DNA of 64,000 nucleotides from Candidatus Latescibacterota bacterium (GTDB lineage: Bacteria; Latescibacterota; UBA2968; GCA-2709665): positions 1,952,001-2,016,000 of the forward strand of contig OZ242358.1 in NCBI GenBank assembly GCA_965208835.1, written 5' to 3'. This document shows, in pieces, positions 29,666 to 39,318 of this stretch. Each line of letters starts with the position of its first letter. Position 1 is the first letter of the stretch. The translations under genes were made by a program, and so were the position numbers. Under the pieces are notes generated by a model. It had not been told where the DNA came from, made no database searches, and saw only the letters and a list, made by a program, of their open reading frames with translations.

Positions 29666-30505
29666 ATGTCCAGAAAAATCAACCAATTCGTGCTGGTGCT
29701 TCTATTGTTGGGGTTCGCGGGCTGTGGTGCCCCGCTGACGGAATTGTCCCGGCGCGGAGACGTCGACGGCGTTCGGCGATCCATTGATCGCGGAAGAGAC
29801 GTGAATGCCAGGACGCCGCAGGGGCACAGCCCGTTGACGCTGGCTTCCAGAGAGGGCCATCTGGATATCGTTATCGACCTGCTCGGAGCGGGCGCGGACG
29901 TGGACGCCGTGGCATGGACCGTCGGCGCCCACACCATCGAGAGCCAGGATCGTCACGGCGGCTACGCGTTTGTCAGGGAACGGTATGCCAATCCCGACAG
30001 TTCCGGGCCCCAGTCCAGGTTTATGGCGCAGCGTACCCGGGGCTCGGCGTACTGGGTGTTGAGAGACGGAAAGACGGCGTTGATGCTTGCCGCCGAGGCC
30101 GGCCATCTGGATGTGGTCGAAGCGCTCGTCGAAGGCGGCTCTGACCTCTTCGCCACAAGCGGCGGTGAAGTCGTGACCTCCGGAATGCCGTCGTATAAGG
30201 ATTACGACGGGATACTCGCGGGTCATACCGGTGTACCGCCCGAAGACATCAATCGCGAAGAGGACAAACACGGCGGCAGTTACTACGGGCCGGAGCACGG
30301 CCGCGTTCTCTACTACGATGTCGTCGATTCGGATCGTCCTTCCTGGTCGATCGGCGGCAGCACGGCGCTGGATTTCGCGTACCGGAACGGCCATAAGGAG
30401 ATCATCGATCTACTCCTGGAATCGGGCGCCGGGATGACGCCGTCGGGTCTGAAGCGTGAACGCTCATCGCCTCGTGAGGATGCGACCGATGCCTCGAAAA
30501 ATTAA
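29666..30505 (+). CDS. Ankyrin-repeat lipoprotein 1
   Basis: Lipobox FAGC; GHSPLTLASREGH, GKTALMLAAEAGH, GSTALDFAYRNGH. Confidence 0.85.
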   Translation: MSRKINQFVLVLLLLGFAGCGAPLTELSRRGDVDGVRRSIDRGRDVNARTPQGHSPLTLASREGHLDIVIDLLGAGADVDAVAWTVGAHTIESQDRHGGYAFVRERYANPDSSGPQSRFMAQRTRGSAYWVLRDGKTALMLAAEAGHLDVVEALVEGGSDLFATSGGEVVTSGMPSYKDYDGILAGHTGVPPEDINREEDKHGGSYYGPEHGRVLYYDVVDSDRPSWSIGGSTALDFAYRNGHKEIIDLLLESGAGMTPSGLKRERSSPREDATDASKN

Positions 30506-31166
30506 TCGTCTGGCGGCGCTGGTTCTCCTGTTGGCCGTTGCGGGCTGTGGGCCATCATTGGTTGAATTGTCAGAGCGGGGAGACCTGGAGGGCGTTCGGC
30601 GGGCCCTGCGCCGCGGAAGCAATGCAAATGTCACAACGCGTCAAGGGCACACGCCGTTGACGCTGGCGGCTCGACAGGGCCACCTGGACGTGGTTCAGGC
30701 CCTGATTCAGGCTGGCGCTGATCTTGATGCCAGGGCCTGGAAGACTGTCTATGTTGCAGAGTTCGAGGAAAATACGCGCGATTCGGAGTATACCAGGGAA
30801 CGTTTTGTCAATGCCGACAGTTCCGGTCCTCAGTCGTTGTTCATGGCAAAGCGAACATCCCAGAGTGAGTTAGTCCGGATACGGACGGACGGGAAGACTG
30901 CGCTGATGTTCGCCGCGGAGATGGGTCACAGAGACGTTGTTGAAGCGCTCATCCGGAGCGGCGCGGACGTACGCGCGAAGAGCGGCCGGCCCGGCGAACA
31001 CATCTACAAGCCCATCCGAAGCCGTTACCATGCATATAACCCTCGGCTTCACGGTTCGCGGGAACGAAAGACCGCGCTGGACCTCGCATACGCAAAAGGG
31101 CACTCGGAAATCGTGGATCTCCTGCTGGTAGCCGAGGTGGACAGTGTTCGGGGGAGTTCGAAGTAG
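30489..31166 (+). CDS. Ankyrin-repeat lipoprotein 2 (tandem paralog)
   Basis: Lipobox VAGC; GHTPLTLAARQGH, GKTALMFAAEMGH, KTALDLAYAKGH. Confidence 0.85.
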   Translation: MPRKINRLAALVLLLAVAGCGPSLVELSERGDLEGVRRALRRGSNANVTTRQGHTPLTLAARQGHLDVVQALIQAGADLDARAWKTVYVAEFEENTRDSEYTRERFVNADSSGPQSLFMAKRTSQSELVRIRTDGKTALMFAAEMGHRDVVEALIRSGADVRAKSGRPGEHIYKPIRSRYHAYNPRLHGSRERKTALDLAYAKGHSEIVDLLLVAEVDSVRGSSK

Positions 31167-31279
31167 GAACCCGGAGGGTTCTTGCCTTGGAGATTCGGTC
31201 TCGTGAAAGCGTAATTTTGCGAGACCATTTTTATATGATCAAACTGTGCAGCAGGATTCGACAATAGCGGGAACCGGCC

Positions 31280-32869
31280 ATGGATCTGGTTATTTGCGGC
31301 GGGACGGTGGTGGACGGTACCGGCGCCGTTCCCGTCCCCGGCGACGTGGCCGTGGCGGACGGACGGATCGTCGGCGTCGGCCGGATCCCGCGGCCTGACG
31401 GCGTGCCGCACCTGGATGCGTCCGGTTGCTACGTGACGCCGGGATTCATTGACATCCACAGTCACTCGGACTTTACCCTGATGGTCGATCCCCGGGCGGT
31501 GAGTTCGATCATGCAGGGGGTGACGCTGGAGGTGGCGGGCAACTGCGGGCACGGAAGCGCACCCATCGGCGATCCGGCGCGCGCGCGGGGGAATATATAC
31601 GGATGCAGAGCCGGATATGAGATCGACTGGCGCGGCGTGGGCGAGTATCTGGATCGCCTGGAAGACCGGCGCCCGGCCGTTAATGTGATGACGCTGGTAC
31701 CCAACGGCAATCTTAGACTCGCAGCCTGCGAGGCTCTGGACCGTCCGTCCACGCCGGACGAACTGCGGAAGATGAAACGCCTGCTGGCGCAGGGCCTGGA
31801 GGAGGGCGCGGTGGGGTATTCCACGGGCCTGGAATACGGTCCGGAACGGGATTGCCCCGAGGACGAGATTTCCGGGCTATGTGCGATCGCCGCGGAATAC
31901 GGCGGGATTTACACCACGCATACCCGCAATCGGATGGGCGAGGCGGACGAAGCCATCGCAGAATCGATCCGAACGGCCGAAAGAGCCGATGCGCCCCTGC
32001 AGATCTCGCATATTTCTTCCGTTGCCCGGCTGGCGGACGACGGCCGTCGGGCGGTCGATCATGCGCTCGAACAGGTCGACCGGGCGCGGGGCAGGGGGGT
32101 GGACGTTCAATTCGACATGCACACGCGGCTCTTCGGGACAACCAACCTGAGCGCGGCGCTTCCGCTTCGGGCGCAGGAGGGAAGTTCGGAGGAAATCGCG
32201 AGTCGGCTGCGCGTTCCATCCATTCGCCGCGAAATGGAAAACTGCGACAGTATCGTTGCCTCTCTGGCGCAGGGAGACTGGAGTCGGATCGTCGTCTTCC
32301 ACTCGCCCATGCAGCCGGAGCATTGCGGAAAGAGCATTGCCGAACTTGCCGCCGCAGGAACCGGGAATGCCTTCGACGCCATCTGCGACATTCTGATTGC
32401 GGCATCTGACCGGTTGCACGAGATTATGGTAATCGCATTCAGCTATCGCGAGACGGACGTCCGGGCGGCATTCGAACACCCGTTCTGTATGGTCGGCTCC
32501 GACGCGACGGCGCTCGCGACGGACGGGCCGCTGAAGGACGACACGTTTCACGGCGCCTATACCTGGGCATCCTGGTTCTTCCGTCACTTCGTCCGGGACC
32601 GGAAGCTGTTCACACCACAGGAAGCCGTGCGCAGGCTGACGTCTCTGCCGGCTTCCCGGCTGGGGTTGACGGACCGGGGCGTGATTCGAAGTGGGGCGCG
32701 TGCGGACCTCGCGATTTTCGATCCGAGCGTGTTCGCCGAGCGGGGAACCACATTCGAGCCGAACCGGACCGCCGTGGGCATGCGTCACGTGCTCGTAAAC
32801 GGCGGCATTGCGGTGAAAGACGGCGTCCGTTCGGACCACCGGTACGGCCGGGTGTTGCGGCGCACCTGA
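31280..32869 (+). CDS. N-acyl-D-amino-acid deacylase family amidohydrolase
   Basis: VVDGTG, PGFIDIHSHSD, GNCG, STGLEY, THTR, GSD, LTSLPA, ADLAIFDP. Confidence 0.9.
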   Translation: MDLVICGGTVVDGTGAVPVPGDVAVADGRIVGVGRIPRPDGVPHLDASGCYVTPGFIDIHSHSDFTLMVDPRAVSSIMQGVTLEVAGNCGHGSAPIGDPARARGNIYGCRAGYEIDWRGVGEYLDRLEDRRPAVNVMTLVPNGNLRLAACEALDRPSTPDELRKMKRLLAQGLEEGAVGYSTGLEYGPERDCPEDEISGLCAIAAEYGGIYTTHTRNRMGEADEAIAESIRTAERADAPLQISHISSVARLADDGRRAVDHALEQVDRARGRGVDVQFDMHTRLFGTTNLSAALPLRAQEGSSEEIASRLRVPSIRREMENCDSIVASLAQGDWSRIVVFHSPMQPEHCGKSIAELAAAGTGNAFDAICDILIAASDRLHEIMVIAFSYRETDVRAAFEHPFCMVGSDATALATDGPLKDDTFHGAYTWASWFFRHFVRDRKLFTPQEAVRRLTSLPASRLGLTDRGVIRSGARADLAIFDPSVFAERGTTFEPNRTAVGMRHVLVNGGIAVKDGVRSDHRYGRVLRRT

Positions 32870-32917
32870 TGTACTTTGCGTCTTTTCACTGCAGTTGTAC
32901 GGGAAGTGAGGAATCCT

Positions 32918-33919
32918 ATGGTTCGAAACTCGATTTCAGGACGAATCCGCTGGACGTTCAGCGATGACAACCCGGTGATCGCCCCGGGTCAGCTGCACGC
33001 GGATATGGATAGCCGGCGCGCCGGCGCCGCCCACGTCCTGCAGCTTGGCGACCGGTACCGGATGTACTACTGGGGAACCGGAGCGAACGGGTTTCACCGT
33101 ATACTGATTGCAGAGAGTCCTGTAGACGAGCCCAACGACTGGCAGCCCGTGGGCGTCGCGCTCAGCCGGCAGCGGGACACGGGCTATAACGACGAGGGGC
33201 CGGGTTTTCCGTTTGTGGTTCCGAGGGACGACGGCCCATGGCTCCTGTATTTCTGCGGTTGGGGGAAGCCCAGGGAAGACGGCAAGCTGCCCAATACCAC
33301 GGGCGTGGCAGTCAGCGACGACGGCGGCTACCGTTTCCGCTGCCCGAAGCGGGAACCGATCCTGCCGCTGGACCGTGACTGGGACCGGGAGGGTACCGGA
33401 AGCGTATGTGTCTTGCGGGTCAACGACCGCTACCATATGTATTATACGTCTATCGGCGCCTATTTCGACCGGCCCGAAGGCGCCGTTACGGGCCACGGAG
33501 ACGTGATTCCCCGCATCGGCATTGCCTATGCGGCGTCGCCGGACGGGATCGTGTGGACAAAGCCGATGGATGACCTGATGGTCGGGCCAAGGGGATTCGA
33601 CACCGAACCCTACGAGTACATCTGTTCGAAGCCCTTCGTCTTGCGGGAACCCGGCGGCTACCGGATGTGGGTGAACACGTTCGGCACGGCCTATCGAATG
33701 AGGAGTCTGGTCGGTCCCGACCTCCGGAGCTGGCGCTGGTGCGACAGCGGGCCGGACGGGGAGTTGGGAGTGGGCAGGGCGGGCGCATTCGATGACAGAC
33801 AGCGGTGTTACGTGAGTATCGTCAAACATGGCGAGGAATACCGGTGCTGGTATACCGGGAACCGCTTTGGCGCTACCGGGATGGGTTACGCGGCGGGAAG
33901 GCTCGAGAGCGAGATTTAG
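32918..33919 (+). CDS. Putative beta-propeller glycoside hydrolase-like protein
   Basis: Repeated blades: YRMYYWG, WLLYFCG, YHMYYT, YRMW, YRCWYTGN.FG..GMGYA. Confidence 0.6.
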   Translation: MVRNSISGRIRWTFSDDNPVIAPGQLHADMDSRRAGAAHVLQLGDRYRMYYWGTGANGFHRILIAESPVDEPNDWQPVGVALSRQRDTGYNDEGPGFPFVVPRDDGPWLLYFCGWGKPREDGKLPNTTGVAVSDDGGYRFRCPKREPILPLDRDWDREGTGSVCVLRVNDRYHMYYTSIGAYFDRPEGAVTGHGDVIPRIGIAYAASPDGIVWTKPMDDLMVGPRGFDTEPYEYICSKPFVLREPGGYRMWVNTFGTAYRMRSLVGPDLRSWRWCDSGPDGELGVGRAGAFDDRQRCYVSIVKHGEEYRCWYTGNRFGATGMGYAAGRLESEI

Positions 33920-34004
33920 CCGGCTGGTTCCGATGCGGATTCCACCTGCCGGTTCCGCGTGCGGTCAGCCAGTTGTAATTACGGGAAAATTGGGAGATCG
34001 ACCC

Positions 34005-34727
34005 ATGAAGCTGGACGAGTCGAAGTTGCGGCAGTACGAGTACGACGGATATACAACGGTGGAAGGCCTGATATCGACAGCCGAGGCGGCCGCGGTGCGG
34101 AACCGCCTTCTCGAGTTGATGGAAGGTCGGCACGACTGGCCCGACCTGCATTTTCAGGTTCTGGATCCCGGGAAATTCCGTAACAGAGAGGGTGGATTCG
34201 TGCCGGTCGGCGTCCAGAGGCCCGCGAGACAGGAGGCTGTCTTTCGGGAGATTGCGGACCACGACAATCTTCAGGGTGCGATGTCGCAACTTCTGGCCGG
34301 TCCGGTGAAGCGATTTACGGATCAGGCGCTCATCAAGCACCGCAAGATCGACGGGCATTCGTTCTATCACCAGGATTCCTACTACTGGAAGATCGAACCC
34401 GGACGGGGGTGCAATGCATGGATCGCGCTGGACGAAGTGGGCGTGGACGCCAGTGCGCTGGGAATTCTGCCCGGAACCCACAGGGATTGGACGCTGACGA
34501 CCCACGAACGTTACTACGACGAGCCGAACTTTCACGCTGCGCGGACGGGGGAAGCGTTCAGCCGCTGGCGGATTCCAACCGACGGTCTGGACCTGTCCGG
34601 CGAAGTCGTATTGCCCATGCAGCCTGGTGACGCCGCGTTCTTCTCGAATTATACGTGGCATCGGTCTGAGGTAAACCGTTCGGGCGAGCACAAGACGGCC
34701 TATGCGATCGCATATCAGTTGCGGTAA
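34005..34727 (+). CDS. Phytanoyl-CoA dioxygenase (PhyH) family protein
   Basis: Y..DGY, HQDSYYW, WIALD, L.ILPGTH, PGDA.FF...TWHRS..N.S. Confidence 0.9.
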   Translation: MKLDESKLRQYEYDGYTTVEGLISTAEAAAVRNRLLELMEGRHDWPDLHFQVLDPGKFRNREGGFVPVGVQRPARQEAVFREIADHDNLQGAMSQLLAGPVKRFTDQALIKHRKIDGHSFYHQDSYYWKIEPGRGCNAWIALDEVGVDASALGILPGTHRDWTLTTHERYYDEPNFHAARTGEAFSRWRIPTDGLDLSGEVVLPMQPGDAAFFSNYTWHRSEVNRSGEHKTAYAIAYQLR

Positions 34728-34808
34728 CGGCCGAAGACGGCGACGGTCTGAGCGTGGACGCTGGTGCAGGCAGGAGACAGGTTTACATCCGTCACAGTTG
34801 ATGGGGAG

Positions 34809-36266
34809 ATGTTCTGCATGGTAAGGAGAAAGGAGCGTGCGCCGACCTCTCGCGTGCGCTTTGGCTTTTCGCGTGTGGATATTACGCCGCCGGTGGGGAT
34901 CTACCATCGCATGTGGGGCGCGGCCAGGCACGACAGGGCCACGGGCGTTCACCGTCCGATTCTGGGCGACGTGCTGGTTTTCGGGTCGGTGGACGCACCG
35001 GGAGAAATTCGGCTGGTTCGCGCGCATCTGGACCTGGTCGGCCTTGTCGCCCGGCAGTATACGGCGCTGGTGACGTCGCTCGGCGACGCCGCGGGCGTGG
35101 GTCCGGAACGGGTGGAGGTGACGTTCTCCCACACCCACGCTTCCGGATGGTACGCGCCGGATCGATTCGTCATGCCCGGAGGCGAGCTGATCGAGCCGTT
35201 TCTGAAAGAGGTGGGAAATAAGCTGGCGAAGGCTTGCGGGGAGGCGATATCGGGGATGGGGGAGGCGTTGGTCACCTTTGCCTCCGGTCATTGCAACATG
35301 GCGGCGGACAGGGACTATCGGGATGACGCGTTCGGAGGTTTCGTCTGCGGATACAATCCGGAGGGTGACGGGGACGATACCCTGCTGGTGGGCCGGCTGT
35401 GCGACGGAGACGGCAGGGCCGTGGCGACGGTGGTGAACTATGCGTGCCACCCGACCACGCTTGCATGGGAGAATACCCTGATCAGCCCGGACTACGTGGG
35501 TGCGATGCGGGGCGAAGTCGAGGGGGTTACCGGGGCGCCCTGCACGTTCGCGCTGGCGCCCTGCGGAGACCTGGGTCCGAAAGACGGATTCGTGGGGGAT
35601 CTCGACGTCGCGGAGAAGAACGGACGCCAGCTCGGGTTTGCAGCGCTTTCCGTTCTGATGTCGATGGGGCCGCCGGGCACGGACTTCGAATACCGGGGCC
35701 CCGTCATCTCGGGCGCCACCATCGGCACGTGGGCGCACGCGGCATTCGGCAGGTATCGTCTGCGTGAGGTCTCCGTTTTTGCCGGAGGTGTGTATTCCGT
35801 GGATCTGCCGATGAAAAAACGCCAGGACCCTGAAACGCTCCAGGATGAGCTGGCGCGGTGGTCGGAAGCCGAACGGGCGGCCGATTCCGCCGGAGACGCC
35901 GTGGAGGCGCGAACCTGCGGCGCAAGGGCGGAGCGGGCCAGGAGATGGCTGGCGCGGATTGCGAACCTGCCGCCGGGCGAGACGTACCCGTATCGATTCT
36001 CCGTATACCGGATGGGAGATGCCATCTGGGTGACCTGCGGCGGGGAACCCTACAGCGATCTCCAGGTGGCGCTGCGCCGGCGGTTTCCAGGGTTCGCGAT
36101 TCTGGTTTCTCCTCTGGCGGGCAACGTGCAGGTCGCTTACCTGCTGCGGAAAGACGCGTACGGCAAGGGACTCTACCAGGAGGAGCCGTCGAGTCTCGCG
36201 CCCGGCTGTCTGGAGATCCTGACCGGAGCGATCGCGGAACGAATTGAAGAGATCACCGCCGAATAG
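34809..36266 (+). CDS. Neutral/alkaline ceramidase-like hypothetical protein
   Basis: DITPPVG, SHTHA, VNYACHPT, ISPDYVG, CGDLGP, GEP motifs. Start uncertain. Confidence 0.65.
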   Translation: MFCMVRRKERAPTSRVRFGFSRVDITPPVGIYHRMWGAARHDRATGVHRPILGDVLVFGSVDAPGEIRLVRAHLDLVGLVARQYTALVTSLGDAAGVGPERVEVTFSHTHASGWYAPDRFVMPGGELIEPFLKEVGNKLAKACGEAISGMGEALVTFASGHCNMAADRDYRDDAFGGFVCGYNPEGDGDDTLLVGRLCDGDGRAVATVVNYACHPTTLAWENTLISPDYVGAMRGEVEGVTGAPCTFALAPCGDLGPKDGFVGDLDVAEKNGRQLGFAALSVLMSMGPPGTDFEYRGPVISGATIGTWAHAAFGRYRLREVSVFAGGVYSVDLPMKKRQDPETLQDELARWSEAERAADSAGDAVEARTCGARAERARRWLARIANLPPGETYPYRFSVYRMGDAIWVTCGGEPYSDLQVALRRRFPGFAILVSPLAGNVQVAYLLRKDAYGKGLYQEEPSSLAPGCLEILTGAIAERIEEITAE

Positions 36267-36288
36267 ATTCCAGGACGAGGGAGTGAAA

Positions 36289-37179
36289 ATGGCCGAGTTC
36301 GCATATCGTCCGGCTGCCGACACCTATCGTTTCGAAACCGAGGCGATGACCGGCGAAATCCGCGCGTCCGGAGACTATCACGGGGTGTGGACGCTTACAG
36401 ACAAAGTCACCGGGAGGCAGGTGATCCATCCGAAATATTCCGCGTTGAACCTGTTCCGGTTGTTCGCGGTTCACCAGGGTCTGGATCAACCGCGTCTGAT
36501 GGACCGGACCATCGACGTCCGGGACAACGCCATTGAAATACACTGGCCCGTTACCGAAACGCATCAGGGCGCGCTGACCGCCCGCTACGAGGTGGTAGAG
36601 CCGAATTGTATCGACTTGACGATACGGGTAGCATGCGAAGGGACCTATGCCGGATATGAGCTCTTCCTTTCGAATTATTTCGACAAGAGCCTGCGGCCTC
36701 ACGTCTATCTGCACGGAAGCCGGTACGGCCGGGCGAGCGAGGCCCCTGAGCTGGTTGTTCCCATGGTGAATGACGTCTTTCGCGGGACCGTCATCGTGTT
36801 TCCGAGGGACCCGCACGCCGCGAGGCGCTGCGTCGACGGACGGTGGAACCGCAGTGAGAGCAACTCGCCTACCGTGCAGATGTGCCCGGTCCGGTACTAC
36901 GGCTATCCGTTCTCGTTCCTGACTGACGCAGGGAGTCGGTTGGGCGTTGTGTTGATGTCGACGGAGGCGGACTGCTATGCCATCAGTACCCGGTATCACG
37001 TGGTCGACGAAGCCGATCGAATGACGGATTACAGCGCGTTCGATTTCTCGCTGTTCGGCGACGATCTGGTGCCGGGCAGCAGTCGCACGGTCCGGATGCG
37101 GCTGGTGTTGACGGAGGTCGATGAGGCCCTGTCCCAGCCCCTGACGTACTATCGGGCGTTTGCGGAAGACGGACGGTGA
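36289..37179 (+). CDS. Hypothetical protein
   Basis: Long ORF with RBS GAGGGAG, 22 bp after the previous stop. No family recognised. Confidence 0.7.
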   Translation: MAEFAYRPAADTYRFETEAMTGEIRASGDYHGVWTLTDKVTGRQVIHPKYSALNLFRLFAVHQGLDQPRLMDRTIDVRDNAIEIHWPVTETHQGALTARYEVVEPNCIDLTIRVACEGTYAGYELFLSNYFDKSLRPHVYLHGSRYGRASEAPELVVPMVNDVFRGTVIVFPRDPHAARRCVDGRWNRSESNSPTVQMCPVRYYGYPFSFLTDAGSRLGVVLMSTEADCYAISTRYHVVDEADRMTDYSAFDFSLFGDDLVPGSSRTVRMRLVLTEVDEALSQPLTYYRAFAEDGR

Positions 37180-37305
37180 CCGACTGAACGATCGTCCATG
37201 GACGGTTAACCGCGAGGTTCAGGGATTGCGCTGTGTTGCGGGATTCCGGCAACTGAAACAACTTCAGGGTTGAATCGCGGCTGGCTTATTCCTATTTTTT
37301 CAAAG

Positions 37306-38499
37306 ATGAAATTACTGAAACGGCTAAGAGTTCGGCTCGCGTTCGTGGTCTGGGCGTCAGTGGCCGTGGCGGCCTGCGGGAAGACGCCACCCACCGTGGA
37401 CGATGATCTCTACGAAGCGTATCCCGGGTTGCCCTATGGAATCATGATCACCATCGCCGGCACCGGAGATCCGGGGAGGAGTGCCTCCGGATCGGGTCCT
37501 CTCGACTCGGAATTATATTTCCCTCAGGATATGGCCGTCGGCCCCGACGGCCGGACGTACATTCTGGACTGGAACAACAATCGGGTTGTCGTGATCGACA
37601 ACGGAACCTTGCGCCCTCTGATCGGCAACGGCGAACCGGGCGCGGCGCCTGCGGGTCCCGCGCTCGAGGTAGGCGTTGATCATCCGGCTAATATTTCGTT
37701 CGATCCGCAGGGGCGGTTGATCCTGTCGGCCTGGCAGAACTCAAGGATCATGCGATACGACGCTACCTCGCGCCGCGTCGAACCCATCGCCGGCCGGGGC
37801 GATCGCGGGTTCAGGGGCGATGGCGGCCCCGCTCTGGATGCCTCGCTGAATCTGCCGAGCTCCACGGCCTTCGATCCGTCCGGCCGCATGTATATCTCCG
37901 ATCAGGGAAACCTCCGCATTCGAAGGGTTGATCTGAACGGTATCATCTCTACCGTTGCGGGCACCGGACGGGAGGGGTTTTCCGGGGACGGCGGTCCTGC
38001 GACCCTGGCCGATCTGTATGCGCCCACGGGTGACGCCGCGCAGCCTGCCGGCCGGATCACGATGGATGGCCGGGGCAACCTTTATATCGCCGATACGTTC
38101 AACAACCGGATACGCATGGTGGATACCAGCGGCAGGATCAGCACCGTGGCCGGCGGCGGCAGTATTGGCGCGACCGCCGGTACGTACTCCGGAGACGGCG
38201 GGCCGGCAACCCAGGCCAGCCTTTCGCGCCCGAGCGACGTGGCCGTCGACGCGGAGGGCAACCTGTATATTGCTGACACAGGCAACCATTGTATCCGGAA
38301 GGTGGATACGGAGGGGACAATCACCACGCTTGCCGGACGGTGCGGCGAGCCGGGTTTCAAGGGCGATAGCGACCATCCCCGATGGGGAAAACTCAGGAGT
38401 CCGTTCGGAGTCGCGCTCGACCGGGAAGAAAATCTGTACATCGCGGATACGTTCAATCATCGGATCCGCCTGGTGTACAAGCATATCGCCGAACGATGA
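37306..38499 (+). CDS. NHL-repeat (teneurin-like beta-propeller) lipoprotein
   Basis: Lipobox VAAC; repeated GFSGDGGPA..A.L..P..A.D..GNLYIADT.N.RIR units. Confidence 0.88.
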   Translation: MKLLKRLRVRLAFVVWASVAVAACGKTPPTVDDDLYEAYPGLPYGIMITIAGTGDPGRSASGSGPLDSELYFPQDMAVGPDGRTYILDWNNNRVVVIDNGTLRPLIGNGEPGAAPAGPALEVGVDHPANISFDPQGRLILSAWQNSRIMRYDATSRRVEPIAGRGDRGFRGDGGPALDASLNLPSSTAFDPSGRMYISDQGNLRIRRVDLNGIISTVAGTGREGFSGDGGPATLADLYAPTGDAAQPAGRITMDGRGNLYIADTFNNRIRMVDTSGRISTVAGGGSIGATAGTYSGDGGPATQASLSRPSDVAVDAEGNLYIADTGNHCIRKVDTEGTITTLAGRCGEPGFKGDSDHPRWGKLRSPFGVALDREENLYIADTFNHRIRLVYKHIAER

Positions 38500-38564
38500 T
38501 CTCCTGGCTGTTAGGCGGGAGACCTGGTGTTCGGGATTCAATACCGTTTCTCGAGGGTTCGTCT

Positions 38565-39068
38565 ATGTGTGGAACGAATCTGCTGCGTATCGCCGGCATC
38601 GTGCTGGGTGCGGGTCTGATCTGTTGTTTTGCCGACGTCGCGGCAGCCGGAGGCGATAAACCGGGTACCGTGCCGCGTGTGCAGGTTGTCACGCTCGAAG
38701 GTGATACGCTGAATCTTGCCGACGTCTGCGAAGGCAAGCCATCCTTCGTCTATTTGTGGGCAACCTGGTGCAAGTCCTGCAAGAAGGACCTGAAAAACGT
38801 CTTCAAGTTGAGGAAGAAATTCGGCGACAGGGTCCAGGTCTTCGGCATTGCCTGGAAGAACAGCGCGGAGGAAATTCAGACCTTCTTCGCGGACAGGAAG
38901 GAAACGCTGCACAGCTACATTGATTCGGATGGCCGGGTGTTCGAAGCCTTCGAGACGCGTTTGACGCCCACGGTTGTCATTGTCAATGCGCGGGGCGAGG
39001 TCCTTTTTTCCGGTTACCGTTCTTTTAGGACATACAGGAAAATTCTGGAAAAGTCATTGAAGGGTTAG
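38565..39068 (+). CDS. TlpA family thiol-disulfide oxidoreductase
   Basis: Signal peptide, WATWCKSC, TPTVVIVN..G. Confidence 0.88.
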   Translation: MCGTNLLRIAGIVLGAGLICCFADVAAAGGDKPGTVPRVQVVTLEGDTLNLADVCEGKPSFVYLWATWCKSCKKDLKNVFKLRKKFGDRVQVFGIAWKNSAEEIQTFFADRKETLHSYIDSDGRVFEAFETRLTPTVVIVNARGEVLFSGYRSFRTYRKILEKSLKG

Positions 39069-39285
39069 CCTCGATTCGCAATTGTTCGGGGACCTGAATG
39101 TCGAATGTATACAGAAGAACAAAGGCGAATTGACGTCAGGGGTCCCGGATACTTCAGGTCACTGGACGTGAGGGGAATTTTCATCCATTTGAACGACCTC
39201 AATACCCCGTTTTCACACGGCACCTTCTGTGCCTTTTGCGCTTTTTGTGGTAAATTGACTGTTGTCTTTTTTCGAACTGAGGTTA
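39066..39285. mobile_element. MITE-like repeat family D, copy 1
   Basis: TAGCCTCGATTCG ... CGAACTGAGGTTA termini; internal blocks shared with the 44656 and 54468 copies. Confidence 0.65.
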
Positions 39286-39318
39286 GCTGCAAATAACGTC
39301 GCTGGAGGATCCACGACC

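Noticed and set aside
33873-36323. 816-aa minus-strand ORF, and similar long antisense ORFs (4696-6162, 13415-15259, 25771-27402, 41225-42787, 51668-53368, 54749-56395)
   Set aside because: They lie opposite well-supported genes, are Arg/Pro-rich and motif-free. These are typical high-GC shadow ORFs.
37207-37283. Short imperfect inverted repeat TAACCGCGAGGTTCA...TGAATCGCGGCTG, possibly a family D relic
   Set aside because: Too short and diverged to support.
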